Origin: Octopus vulgaris
Lineage: Eukaryota
Direction of reading: 5' to 3'
Length of the DNA stretch: 64,000 nucleotides
Assembly: GCA_951406725.2 (NCBI GenBank)
Contig: OX597815.1
Coordinates: forward strand, 111,042,001-111,106,000
In this document: positions 26,094 to 39,408 of the stretch, piece after piece
How positions within the stretch are numbered: the stretch's first letter is position 1
Layout: each line of letters starts with the position of its first letter
Translations under genes and position numbers: made by a program
Notes under the pieces: model-generated
Databases searched by the model: none
The model's input: the letters and a program-made list of their open reading frames with translations, nothing else
Told to the model about the DNA's origin: nothing

Positions 26094-26435
26094 ACGACAA
26101 CCTTTCAGATGTTACCACATTAATGCCATTACACTCGACTGAAACGCCGAAACGCTAACAGCACGAGAACGGTGAAGAAGTTTCAATAAATTAGTAATGC
26201 AATACTAGAGTATTGCTTTCCAGTAAAATATAGCCCGTAAGGGAAAAATATACAAAGAAGTAAATACATGGCACAACGAAGGACCGATATTTACTGGAAA
26301 TAGCGAACGTAATAATACGACGCTAATGTATAGCTTCACTGCGTATGTACTAGCAAAAAATGCGTGTGTGCAACAAACTAGAAAAAATTGTCTTACCTCC
26401 AGGGAGAACATCTGAAAGATGAAATACCTGGAAAA

Positions 26436-26526
26436 GGATAATGTGGGACCTGCGCAGGTTTCAGATTTTTCAAGATATGTCTGCCACTCATAAACTTGAT
26501 CTATCTTCATCAGCCAAACATATACC
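26436..26526 (-). ncRNA. Type I hammerhead ribozyme (second tandem copy)
   Basis: TGG-CTGATGA-AGAT...ATCT-GAA-ACCTGCGCAGGT-C-CCA; palindromic stem III; GUC cleavage site. Confidence 0.78.
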
Positions 26527-26803
26527 ACGACAACCTTTCAGATGTTACCACATTAATGCCATTACACTCGACTGAAACGCCGAAACGTTCTCCCTGGAGG
26601 TAAGACAATTTTTTCTAGTTTGTTGCACACACGCATTTTTGCTAGTACATACGCGGTGAAGCTATACATTAGCGTCGTATTATTACGTTCGCTATTTCCA
26701 GTAAATATCGGTACTTCGTTGTGCCATGTATTTACTTCTTTGTATATTTTCCCCGCACGGGCTATTCTTTACTGGAAAGCAATACTCTAGTATTGCATTA
26801 CCA

Positions 26804-26854
<51 letters not shown>

Positions 26855-26888
26855 TGTATGTATGTATGTATATATATACACATACGCG

Positions 26889-26934
<46 letters not shown>

Positions 26935-26937
26935 CTT

Positions 26938-27787
26938 TATTTACAAGATAAAAATTCCAATGCCAGATACGCCGAAACAAAAAAATTGTCGATAACCATT
27001 AAATTTATGCGTCTCGAAACAAACCGATAGAAATCTCTAAAAATTCGTTATTACCGTATTGGTCCAATTTCTTGTGAATTAAGCCGGAAATTGGACCAAT
27101 ACGGTAATAACGAATTTCTTAGAGATTTCTATCGGTTTGTTTCGAGACGCATAAATTTAATGGTTATCGACAATTTTTTGTTTCGGCGTATCTGGCATTA
27201 GAATTTTTCTTCTGCCCTTATCTTGTAAATTATGTATAATTTTTACCTTTAAAGGCATTTTTTGATATGCTGGCCATTGATAAAAAATTCTTCCCGAAAA
27301 AAATGTTATCCTATATTAATTATAAATAGATTAGTGTTCAATTTCGGATTCTATCACTCTGTGAAAGTTTCTAGTTCGAATCACACGTGTCTCGAGGTGC
27401 GCCGAATATTTTTCTATTTTGGATATATTTGGGGTACTTAAGTCTACACGGGACTTGGTGCTTGCTTCTTCCATGGGTATGAGTAAGTATTTCATTTATA
27501 TCTCGCGTATTTTCCGCTGAAGAGGGAAACATTTTTTGCGAATTAATCCCGAAATTGGACCAATACGGTAATAACAATTTTTTTGAGCTTTCTATTGGTT
27601 TGTTTCGAGACGCATAAATTTAATGGTTAGCGACAATTTTTTGTTTGGGCCTATCTGGCATTAGAATTTTTCTTCTGCCCTTATCTTGTAAATTATGTAT
27701 AAATTTTACCTTTAAAGGCATTTTTTGATATGCTGGCCATTGATAAAATATTTTTCCCGAAAAAAATTTTATCCTATATTAATTATA
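26938..27787 (+). mobile_element. pLTR-type element: inverted plus direct repeats
   Basis: 26953-27071 is inverted to 27087-27208; direct repeats ~27087-27324 and ~27551-27787; flanked by (TA)n. Confidence 0.85.
27508..27573 (+). ncRNA. Type I hammerhead ribozyme
   Basis: CCG-CTGAAGA-GGGA...TCCC-GAAA-TTGG-A-CCAA-TA-CGG. Confidence 0.8.
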
Positions 27788-27834
27788 CATATATATATAT
27801 ATATGTATATATATATACGTATATATACATGCAT

Positions 27835-28512
27835 ACTTTGATAGGTTGGGCCAGTATTGGCCCAGGCCCTGTCTAACTTAATAGCACCACCTCGCTAAAT
27901 CATTCAAATCAGGAATTGGACAATATGGCCCACTCAAGGAGAGAGTTAGTTTTTACTGAGACATATCCGGGTTTAGGAGGTTTATCCTGGATTTTTAAAG
28001 GAATTTGTCCAAAGACTTGCACTTTATGGCGTCACTTTCTGTGTTTTGGGGTAATGTTAAAGAGAGCGGGGTTATTCGAGGTGAAATAATTGTGCCGCAT
28101 TGTTATGTGATGTGAGTATTTATGTTGTGGGCGGATAGTACAGCATCCAAGTCTCAGGTGTATCTTAAAGGCGATGCCAACATCTGATGGAATATTTTCC
28201 ACATCATGAGGATGATGTAGCGCTCATGGCAGCGTTGAAGAGAATAAAACTTGAGCTTTTCTACTCGACCCCAATAGTCAAGGCCTATCACGCCATCAAT
28301 CTGTTTTGTAATTGACCTTTAAGGTGCATCAGCTTTCATGATACTTGGTTTCGTGTGGGGAGACAACTGTGTACAACATTATTCAAGGTAGGGTCGGGCA
28401 AAAGTAGAGAAGAGAAGGATAATGATGTGGATATCTCTCGACTGGAAAGTTCTGAGAATCCAGGAACACATTCTGCGGGCCATGTCAACTTTGCTATTTA
28501 TATGAGTAGCTC
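27835..28512 (-). mobile_element. 3' fragment of a second CR1-group LINE family
   Basis: Manual translation: ARRMCSWILRTFQSRD...RPYLE*CCTQLSPH...LDYWGRVEKLKFYSLQRCHERYIILMMWKI, homologous to the C-terminus of ORF 5561-7375. Confidence 0.8.
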
Positions 28513-28529
28513 AGCTTATGTTGTTGTCC

Positions 28530-28560
<31 letters not shown>

Positions 28561-29035
28561 TGTATGTATGTGTGTATGTATGTATGTATGTGTGTATGTA
28601 TGTACGTATATATGTATGTATATACACATGTATACATGCATATATACAAATATACTTACATACGCACATACAAATGCATATACATATGTATTAATTATAT
28701 ACGTTTATAGATACAAATATATATAATTATACACATAGATATATGCATACATACAGACAGACATGCATACGTGTATATATATATATATATATATATCAAA
28801 TGGATGTGTTATAATACTATTCCGCACATACAATAACAGCCATACCAATAATTCAACATACTTCCATCATCAGCTGCCCCACGGATATCACTGTGGTTTC
28901 GACACCTGGGCAGTACCATTCAATCCGACGGTGTCAGTAGGTCTTTAAATAAGTGTTATTTGGGAACAAATAAGATATCACCACATTAATTCAGTCTTAA
29001 TTCTAGAGAGGATTAAACAATAAATTTATTAACTA

Positions 29036-29076
<41 letters not shown>

Positions 29077-29100
29077 CGTTTGTGTGTGTGTCTACATCTA

Positions 29101-29154
<54 letters not shown>

Positions 29155-29309
29155 ACGTATGCACGAACATATACCTATATTTGTGTGTGTGTGTGTGTGC
29201 ACGTCAGAGTCATTGCATGTTAGTGTTCCAATGTGTTTGTGTAAATGTGCGTGCATATTCTTGTTATTCTATAAAAGTATAGGATGTATAAATAAGAGTA
29301 AAGCTCTTA

Positions 29310-29662
29310 AATATTCTTTGCTACTCCAGGCACAAGGCCCGAAATTGTTTGGGAGGGGTCCAGTCGATTAGAGTGACCCCAGCACGCGGGGCAATTTCGA
29401 CCTTAGCGGAATTTGAACTCAGATTAAATACCTATTTCTTTATTACCCACAAGGGGCTAAACTAGAGTGGACAAACAAGGACAGGCATAGGTATTAAGTC
29501 GATTACATCGACCCCAGTGCGTAACTGGTACTTATTTAATCGACCCTGAAAAGATGAAAAGCAAAGTTGACCTCGGCGGAATTTGAACTCAGAACGTAAC
29601 GGCAGACGAAATACCACTAAGCATTTCGCCCGGCGTGCTAACGTTTCTGCCAGCTCGCTGCC
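29310..29662 (-). mobile_element. SINE family B dimer (tail-2 unit inserted at GGTATTT of a tail-1 copy)
   Basis: Junction AAAGAAAT|AGGTATTT at 29433/29434. Confidence 0.88.
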
Positions 29663-30770
29663 TTAAAGCTATTACATATCTAACTACTTTTAGCTGGCAA
29701 TGCTGTACTTGATGAAGCGCGTTTGCAAATGAATATCAAGCGATTTCTTTCTCATCTCTGTCATGAAAACATTTCTCCTCATTTTCATTTCTACTGTGAA
29801 AGTAGTATATTACTGTCCAATGTATGTGATTAGAATTTATTTACAGATGTTTACTGCATGATTAAGAGAATAAATCACATCAAGTGGAAAATTGAGTCGA
29901 TTTAACCGACTCTTCAGAACGAAATAGGATTCTAATAAGTAGATATCTAATTTAAAATCCGAAAAAATATCTATAGTTTAAAGTCCAGTCACGTTTGTAA
30001 TAATACTTAGATAAATGTGAATGTATTAAGCATACACGATTTCCCACACACACATACACACACATATGTATAGTAGGATTATCTTTTTTATTTTTGTGTT
30101 TTGCACACCTATGTATGCATTACATATGCAATCATTTAAACAAAAATTCAATTATTTATATGTATTCCGTGTTGGCTCCACAAAATAATTTGATAGATGA
30201 AATATTATGCTAAAGCATTTCCTCGTTTTAAACATTTACGTTATTTGTCTTTTTTCTTGTTTTTGTTTGTTTTTCTTATTCTTATCAAAGAATGAATGCA
30301 GTTGTCAAATCGAAAATTTAAAGAGTTTTCCAATAACTATAATCTTAACATTTTATTTGTGAGGTTGTCAAATTAGTAGAATTAATGAAGTATTTATCTA
30401 AATACCTTTTTAAAATATACTCTTAAAACGAAACCCATCCACTACCAGTGCGTCATTATCTAATATTGTGGTGTCCACTCCATGTTCAATCTATTTGCGG
30501 TCTGAGAAAACAGTTTGAAGAATGTATTGTGGTCATTTAATTCAGTTATATGTTTCAAATAAAAACTGAAATTCAAACCTTCTGATTGTCAGACTACATT
30601 TCCCTTACAGTTGTTTGAAAATATTGAGCATGAAACCCACTCCTCTTTGAAGTTACAATTGCTTTCATCCCATAGAGGTCGAGAACATGAAGTAGCATTC
30701 GAGTGCCGCAGTCGATTTCGTCATTCCTTCTCCACAAATGGAATGTTAGGACTTACGCGTTTGCCATCGA

Positions 30771-31000
30771 TTCTTCTTCTTCTTTTTCTTCTTCTTCTTC
30801 TTCTTCTTCTTCTTCTTCTTCTTCTTCTTCTTCTTCTTCTTCTTCTTCTTCTTCTTCTTCTCCTCCTCCTCCTTCTTATTCTTCTTCTTCTCCTCCTCCT
30901 CCTCCTCCTCCTTCTTCTTATTCTTCTTCTTCTCCTCCTCCCCCTCCTCCTCCTTCTTCTTCTTCTTCTTCTTCTTCTTCTTCTTCTTCTTCTTCTTCTC
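30771..31000. repeat. (TTC/TCC)n microsatellite
   Basis: Direct inspection. Confidence 0.95.
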
Positions 31001-31881
31001 AATTTGACTCCTCCTCTTTCCTCGCATAATAACGATGTTTCCAAAAGACGTCCTCTTTCAGGCATTACTAAATGAAATTTTCCTTGCGGGTACTTGGAAA
31101 AGAACCACATTAGACAAATGAAGGGTTGCCTTCGTTATCCTGGGATAGTGAACAGAAAGAAAAAAAATTGTTTGTTTCACAAACTTTAACAATTTGTTTT
31201 CACATTCAAAACAACTACCACATAATTATCCCACACAACAAAACACTACAATGACTAAAAAAGAAAACAACACCCCTTCCCATAGACGCACAAAAAAATC
31301 AAGTCGTAACTAAATGTACGCGAAGAAAAAAATGAATAGCGTATTGAACAAATTAATCGAACAAAATGTCCCAAATATTCAAATGATTTGGAAGATAACG
31401 ACAGTAACAGCAATAGCAACAGCAACAACAAACAAAACTAACAACGGTAGCAACATCGGTAGTAACTATTACATGATTCCATATACTGCGGCCCGTCCAT
31501 ATTCGAGGTACGTGAAACGAATATTCTCTCTAAAATAAATGAACAGAATTTTAAAGCTGAGCATAGGAAAGTATGAGAAAGATTGAGTATAAGACACGAA
31601 AGTAGATGAAACGAGTACTCCCTATCTGCCCGTAAGTTGGTACAGAAACGAGGGGAGATCTGGATCTTATATTTCTAATTATAAATGATGACTAATTCGG
31701 TCGTTAACACTTGCAGCAAAGCAGTGGTAATTTTGGCACTTACTCCTTTCAGTACTGAGTAGATGATCACAGTCGTGGAGTGACATGATCCAACAAAGAT
31801 TGCGGCTCACCATTGTGTTGCATGTCAGTTTTTTTTATATATCTGTGTGATATACATACGTACACACACTCTCTCACACAC

Positions 31882-31912
<31 letters not shown>

Positions 31913-31959
31913 AGAGAAAGAGAGAGGGAGAAGAGAGAGAGAGAAAGGTATTTTAAATA

Positions 31960-32416
31960 ATAATACTTTCTATTATAGGCACAAAGCTTGAAGCTTTGAG
32001 GGAAGGAGTTAGTTGATTACATCGACCTCAGTGTTCAACAAGTATGTATGTCATTGACCTCGAAAGGATGAAAGACAAAGTTGACCTAAGCGGAATTTGA
32101 ACTCAAAACGTTAAGTCAGAAAAATGCCGCGGAATAGTTTGTCCGGTATATTAACGGTTCTGCCAACTCGCCACCTCAAAATTGTAACTAATAATCCTTT
32201 CTACTATAGGCAAAACGCCTGAAATCTTTTGGGAGGAGATAAATCGGTTAAATCGACCCCAGTGTATAACCGGTACTCATTCAATCGACGCCCCCTCCCC
32301 AAAGGGATTAAAGGCAAAAATCAACCTTAGCGGAATTTGAACTCCTAACGTAAAGACAGACGAAATGTTGCTAAGCATTTTATCCGGCGGGCTAACGATT
32401 CTGCTAGCTCGCCGCC
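31960..32416 (-). mobile_element. Two older head-to-tail SINE family B copies, both with tail 1
   Basis: Heads at ~32175 and ~32416; tails GTGCCTATAATAGAAAG and TTGCCTATAGTAGAAAG. Confidence 0.85.
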
Positions 32417-35069
32417 CTAAGATTATAGCAAATTATAATGACATTTTATAGTAATATTAGTTTTGTTATTGTAATCACTATTATAGCTTTAACAATGAAC
32501 GGGCGCCTTTGATGGCGCAAAGGATTTTATCACGCCTAAATGCTAGAAAAAAATTGTGCTTATTTTGTAAACAACATTTTGGACACTTCAGCTTCCGATG
32601 CATTTCCCTGAGGCGGAAGAATGAAATTGATTTTGTACAATGAATATATTGTTATAGTTTTAGAAAACATTACTTACCTGTGACATTGATGATTGTTTCG
32701 AGCGAAATAACATGATTACAACAAACACAGTAATAGGAAATACAGTTTTTCATAAAAAAGATGAAAAAGAGATTAGCAATAGATGTTAAAGAGACTAATA
32801 TTATAACACAAATATTAATGATTTGACAAGCACAAATGATAAAAGAAAATGAAGTAAAAAAGTATTTTTAACAACGAAGACAACACCAATGTATCTTTTG
32901 CCGTTCTGAGAGGGAAGCGCTGAGCAACAGTTAGCTTCTGGGAAAAGTGCCTGGGAGAGCATATTGTAAAAGACTGTCTCCTTACTCGTGCAAAGAGAAA
33001 AATAACAACTTCCTCATAAAAAGGAGCCAGCTTCCACATGAGTACTAAGTCGCGGGACCCTAGGCCTAAGTATGCATTTATATATTCTTCATCAGCAGGG
33101 CAAAGTAAATGGAAGTGCAAGCCAGGATTTTAAGTTTTAGGCTCAGATGACAAAGACAATAAAAACTGGTTGCCGCCGCACATAAAAACAATAATTGGAA
33201 AGAAGAAACAAGTATTATGTCCAAAAACATTTGTAAAGACTCTGAATCATAATTATTTGTCACATTTACAGCTCACTACAAACAAGTCGTGAGCGTGGAG
33301 AGATACGTAGAATTATGTTGTAGGTTTAAGTTTACATAAACAGACACGATACGTATTACCACTAAAGAATAAGAATAGTAAATAATAAATAATAATAAAT
33401 AAACTGATGCAGCAAACCTGCAAAATTTGTCAAAAGAAGAGACTAAGAAATTTACTAAGAATATTATGATATTTTATTTCGTGATTAACCACAATGAACC
33501 TTTTCATAGATATGGACAGAAGAGAGAAAAACAACATACATGTGTTACGAGAGTTTCACCTCCCGTGATAAAGTACAGAGAAACCGACAAGAAAGAAGGT
33601 GACATACCTCTATATTACCAAAGATGGTGAGGTATTCATTGTGCTCGCCAAACTCTAGAGTTACTAGAGCTAGCTCTGGATGTCGTGTGAAGCAGTAGCA
33701 TATTCATCAGCCTAAGGAGAGACTACGGGATGGTTTGTATAGTTTCCAAAATTGAGTAGAAGACACAGAGGTAGGTAGTGCTGGTACGTTGCACAAAGTG
33801 TATCTGTAAAAGATGTTAACCCTTACTATCCATCATCTTTCCTGAAATGTAAGGCACTCGATAACTCCCAAATTACTACCAAGTTGTATATGTGGACACT
33901 GAGGTTCAGCATGAACATGTAAATTTATATAACTCCACAAGACTAAAGCACCATTTTGGATCTATCACCGTTATTGACTTAAGGAAAAACAAAACATTGA
34001 GACAGCCAGTGTAGGGAAAGAAGTTCAGCTGTGAGATTTGAACAGCTAGAAGCCTTTATACTCAAAAGAAGTCAGAGAAAAGATTAGCAGAACGGGGGAA
34101 AGAACAAAAGCGGGCCACATAAACTACTAGTTTTACGGCACAGCCTGTTGCAGTTTCAGAAACAGTGGATTAGTACACATTGTTCTTAGTTTGAAGTGCA
34201 GGCGAACAAGAAGGCGACACGAAAATGACCAGAAAGTCAATCGACGACCAGGAAACTAATCATCTGACAATTATTATGGCAAAGACTAAGAGGCCTTTTC
34301 ACTTGCACCATTCACCCACTGTTTTGTTACAATGAAGAAGAAAGTGACGGAATCGGCCAAAAAGGAAGGTAGAAAGGAAATAAATGAATACAACAAGAAA
34401 CAAGCTAGCAAACCCAGAAAGCGAAGCCTGCTCCCACTGAGAGTCTTAAATTCCAGTTGCAGTGGAAGTGCAACGATTGTCTACTCAACTTATTCGATAA
34501 CTGAGTAAATAATAAACTCGTGAAGTTGATGATTGAACCAGATATGTGGAACTAGTGTCAGAACCTCCTACTCTGAAAGTATAAACCATATATAAAGAAA
34601 AAGTTGACACTCTATGAACATTTCTAATGTTATATAGTGGAGGATGTAATGCTCACCACAGGCTGGTTGACTGAAAAATGTCAACAATGTTTGGAAGTAA
34701 CCGGCTTTAATAATGAGCAATCAAGTAGTTTCATGAAACCTAGAGAGTAATTAGGCACCTGTAGCAGAACGCTTAAGTAAATGTCATAAAATTAAAATCC
34801 CACTGAAAACAATCTTCGGGTTCACAAGCTAAGGGTATATGCAATAGGTACAATAGTTTTCTCCTCTCCAGATATGCTTACTTCACTATATACGTATTAC
34901 CTTCTGCAGTATCGTACAAACTAAAATACGTTTCTTATTGCTGTTTAATCAGACTCAGCTTGATCGACTAGACTTTTGAATAAGGGCGTCAAATCTAGAC
35001 TAATCCGGGATTTTATAGGTGCATATATATCTTTTTTAAAATTAAAACTGCAATAAAGTAGGATCTATT

Positions 35070-36288
35070 TACCAGGTTGAATCAAAATGCTTTTTTTCCT
35101 ATTCCAAGCTTCAAATAATAGTTCAATCAAATTACATGCAGAAAGTGTGTTTTCATAAAAATACATTCTTTCATATTTTATCCTCTGTTGACATTGTTTT
35201 GCCTGAAGCTCAATTCAGCGCTTACACCATTTCGCTGGTTTAGAGGCAAAGCTTTCGGCACCCGTTTTCTACCTCATCTAGAATTTTGGTCCTCCGTGAA
35301 AAGAGCATGAAAAGAGCCATAGGTTGTAAAATGGGGTAGCCTGGTGATGCAAGGTCTGTACAGTAGGCAGGGTGACACAACACTTCCAACCACTCAAGTT
35401 CCTTTAGTTCGTGCTTGGTCATTGAAGGAGTCCGTGTATTCGATTGACCAATGCCAGATATTATCATATACTCACTACAATTGTTGAACATAAAGGTTAG
35501 CGTTCACAATATAATCATGTGGGACATGCTCAAAGTGCAAAACTTTCTCATCAGAACACAATATGACATTCTTTTCAAGCGCCCTTGTTTGATAACATGT
35601 TCTGAAGCCTGGCAGGAACAAAGTTACTAAATTCTCTTATTAGGAGTATGAAAATATATCCATTTTGAATCCCCTGTTACAATTCGACGCCAAAAGCGGA
35701 TATCTCGAGGATTTGCCAGTAGTTGGTGGCAAATATCCACGCGTCGTTGAGCCTGGTCATTGGTCTGTTCACGAGGAACTTCTCGACAGCGTCTGTTCAC
35801 AAGGCCGAGTTTATGAAGGTGTCTATTGATGGTGCTTTGTGAAAGACCAAAATCTGCCGATAATGTACGACTGTTTGTCAACCATTTCAAGAAAAACTTC
35901 ATCTTTCGTAACCGAAGGTTTTCCTGACCTTATATTTGTTCGATGTTGCCGTCAACTTTAGTGAAACGCCAGAACCAGTTTTGTTCCACACGGTTACTAA
36001 CACCTCCTGGGCGTTACGCATCTTTAATTTCTTTTGCTGATGTCCTTGCCTTTTTTTTTTTGCTCAGGTAGCATAAAATGGCTCGAATTGCAAATCTTTT
36101 AAGCACTCATTTTCAAAACTTCAAATTAAAGAATAAGCAATCGATTTTTACATGCTATATATGAACATAAAGAATAAACAATTCAGCAAAGATTGAACAA
36201 GCTGTATCAAATTAACGAAGTAACATAAAGATATAAGATGCCAAAAATCATCGGTGATAATCCGATAAAACTTTGACTCAATCTGATA
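35070..36288 (-). mobile_element. Degenerate mariner transposon
   Basis: QSTINRHLHKLG, EVPRE, IVTGDSKWIYF, HPAYCTDLASPGY (YSPDLAPSDY-like); degenerate TIRs TACCAGGTTGAATCAAA / TTTGACTCAATCTGATA. Confidence 0.88.
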
Positions 36289-37855
36289 AATTTAATAGTT
36301 CTCTTTAATAAGCTAAACGGTCACGTAGTTTTGCTGTGTTGAACATTCATACAGTAGAAAACACAACAGCAATTGTTGATTACGGTAGTGATGCAAGGTA
36401 CTAATTCATTGTGTCTGCTTAGGATATAATTTTTTCAAATTCCATTTAGTGACAATGTTTATTTTGAAACACCTGATGTCAATACTACTACTTGTAAACT
36501 CTTTATAATTTCAATATCTCATACACCAACACACACTTGCACATGCATGGACATATGCATGAACACATGCAAAACACGGACACACACGCGCGCAGTGTTT
36601 TATCAGAAATATTTAATGTGTGAATTTTGACTTATAATGTAAACATTATTTAAAGTTAACTGGTGAAAACTTATATAATTTCGCACAAGAACTTCATTTC
36701 TGATATTTCTTTTACTCATTTACATTTACTGAGACCAACAGATTCCGCTGGAGAACAAAACCATTGTTAATGTACAATAAGGTTAGCCTCAATGATTTTC
36801 AATGTAATCAGTACACTGAGAATGGACTGTACCGATTCTGGCCACTTGGTTTTATGATTGTTCTTCAGCTTTAATTATGATTCAAGAGGATTTGGCTAAA
36901 GCACAATGATCTATTGTGTTATGTATGACAGTAGGAATATTCTGAGGTATATTGTTTGCTTTGTTTTAGTAGTCTGAGGCTGCGTGAAGGTTTTCTTATT
37001 ACCCCAACTATTCAAAGTTGGTTTGTAACGTCTTTTACATATTTCATTGGCGTAAGACGTGCATAGACGGAACTATCTCACATGAAATTATCCGAAATGT
37101 AGTATTGTTTTCTATTGAATAATGGAAACTTCTCAGAGCCAACATTTTGTTCTTAAATGATAAACGCTGGTTGCCATTTTCCTTTCAATTTCGACTATCG
37201 TCAATCAAAAGACACTCGTTGAGTTAAATGAAGTACAAAACATAACTAGACTTGTAACAGCACTGTTAAAGATCAGTTCCTCTTCCAAATGCATTCCATA
37301 TATGAACACTTTAATTAATTAAACTTTCTGAAAATTATCTCCCTTGGGTTTCTTAGTCAGAAATAGTTATTGAGAAAATAATTGTATTGAAATCGAATGG
37401 TGTAATTTTAATTTAGCAATTTTAATGGATGATTCCATTCAGTATGCTAGCGTTCACTTTATTAATTAATGCGATTATGCTGCATGAAATTTCAAATTTA
37501 GGCATGTTTCTACTGTGGTGAACTAACAAGGACATTCAGACTTGGGTTAAGAAATATTAGTATTTTGAAATACTTCCATGGCATCACGCCACGATAGAGT
37601 TAATTCATTAATTTTTTTTATTGTTTCACCTGTTGTTTTATGTGTGTTAATATTCAGAAGTTAAATATCATCTAGAAGTTAAATATCATCAGAAGTTAAA
37701 TATCACTGTACTATACTATATTTGATAACAAGTTGAACACTTTAATATTGTTTAAATATAGCTGGCCTTATAATCAATACGTTTGACTAGCAAATTATTA
37801 TAAGGGACACACACACACACACACATAGACACACACACCATATATATATATATAT

Positions 37856-38070
37856 AAGCTAATCCAAACATGAAAACACAAAGAGAAAACACAACGCGAG
37901 GACGTGGAACAAGTATAGCATTATTGGACGCTCAGGAGAGAAGGAAAGAAGGAAAGAAGGAGGGTTTACCTTTCGAGCGGAGCTCTTCGTCAGAAACATA
38001 GGAAAAGGAATGATCCAAAGAAGGGAAGACGGAGGAATAAAAATCGCCAACGGTACACACGCGGAAATTT
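37856..38070 (-). mobile_element. Solo pLTR-type repeat in (TA)n with a minimal hammerhead (37964-37997)
   Basis: GTTT-CTGACGA-A-GAGC-TCC-GCTC-GAAA-GG-TA-AAC; stem III looks mutated. Confidence 0.65.
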
Positions 38071-38153
38071 ATATATAATATGTATGTATATATATATATA
38101 TATATAGATAGATAGATAGATAGATATACATACATATATATATATACATAAAT

Positions 38154-38189
<36 letters not shown>

Positions 38190-38521
38190 GAAGACATATA
38201 CTTCCACCTTATGCAACTTTCTTAATTTTTGTGGCATTGAAGAGCTGTGGGTCTATGCAAATATGTCATAAAATGTTAGCTGCTTATATTAATGACTTGA
38301 ATTTACAAGGAGAATCGTAAGCTTAATGGTTTTTCGATACGTTTTGTAGATCACCAAAGCACCACGATCTGCCCACTGGGCAGAATGTCTTAGAATGCTT
38401 TCAGTGCTGTAAATTCGAATCTGACTGGGGAAATTGCGTCTTTTGATATCAAAACGTACGCATTGCTGGAGGGTTGAAAGAAAGAAGCATGAATGTCACA
38501 TTTTAAAATATGTTCTACCTC

Positions 38522-38935
38522 GGCGCAGGAGTGGCTGTGTGGTAAGTAGCTTGCTAACCAACCACATGGTTCCGGGTTCAGTCCCACTGCGTGGCATCTT
38601 GGGCAAGTGTCTTCTGCTATAGCCTCGGGCCGACCAATGCCTTGTGAGTGGATTTGGTAGACGGAAACTGAAAGAAGCCTGTCGTATATATGTATATATA
38701 TATATATATGTATGTATGTGTGTGTGTGTTTGTGTGTCTGTGTTTGTCCCCCTAGCATTGCTTGACAACCGATGCTGGTGTGTTTACGTCCCCGTCACTT
38801 AGCGGTTCGGCAAAAGAGACCGATAGAATAAGTACTGGGATTACAAAGAATAAGTCCCGGGGTCGATTTGCTCGACTAAAGGCGGTGCTCCAGCATGGCC
38901 GCAGTCAAATGACTGAAACTGAAACAAGTAAACAA
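38522..38935 (+). mobile_element. SINE family A, well-preserved full-length copy
   Basis: GGCGCAGGAGTGGCTGTGTGGTAAG (A box), GGTTCAGTCCC (B box), internal TA/TG microsatellite, tail CCAGCATGGCCGCAGTCAAATGACTGAAAC. Confidence 0.93.
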
Positions 38936-39361
38936 GCAAGTAAACAAGTAATACACAAACAAATATAAAATGTTCCAAAAGAAATAAAGGAATATAAATT
39001 GACTGGAGTTGAATGTCCATACACTCATGCACAGACACCGACATGCACACTTACATGCATTCTTTTCGCAAAAAGACACTATGAAAAAAAAAAACTGTTC
39101 ATTACTCACACCTTCCACAGGATACACACCAGACTGGAACGAGCCGACTGTGCAGGGCTGTTTGAAAGCTAATAATCTGGCACGGTTTAATGGACATTTA
39201 ATCTGTTTCGGCGACAGCACTTTTTGACAGTAAAGGCAAACACACACATAAATACACGCACATGCGCACTTGCAGAAATGTACACATAGATATAGAAGGT
39301 GAGCGTGAGAAGGGGACATTTCACAGATGCTTACACATTTAAGCACGGAGACATGGAGAGG

Positions 39362-39408
<47 letters not shown>

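Larger units (their letters stand above)
25817..26806 (-). mobile_element. pLTR-type element: ~433 bp tandem repeat plus inverted partial copy
   Basis: 25817-26156 is nearly identical to 26250-26587; 26588-26806 is an inverted copy of 26190-26409; flanked by (TA)n. Confidence 0.85.

Noticed and set aside
33060-33110. Minus-strand CTGATGAAG as a possible hammerhead
   Set aside because: No suitably placed GAAA or supporting stems found.
37655-37705. Three copies of AGAAGTTAAATATCA
   Set aside because: Ordinary short tandem duplication.
38522-38600. tRNA-like heads of SINE families A-D as real tRNA genes
   Set aside because: They continue into SINE bodies, lack a clean cloverleaf and terminator, and are multicopy and diverged.
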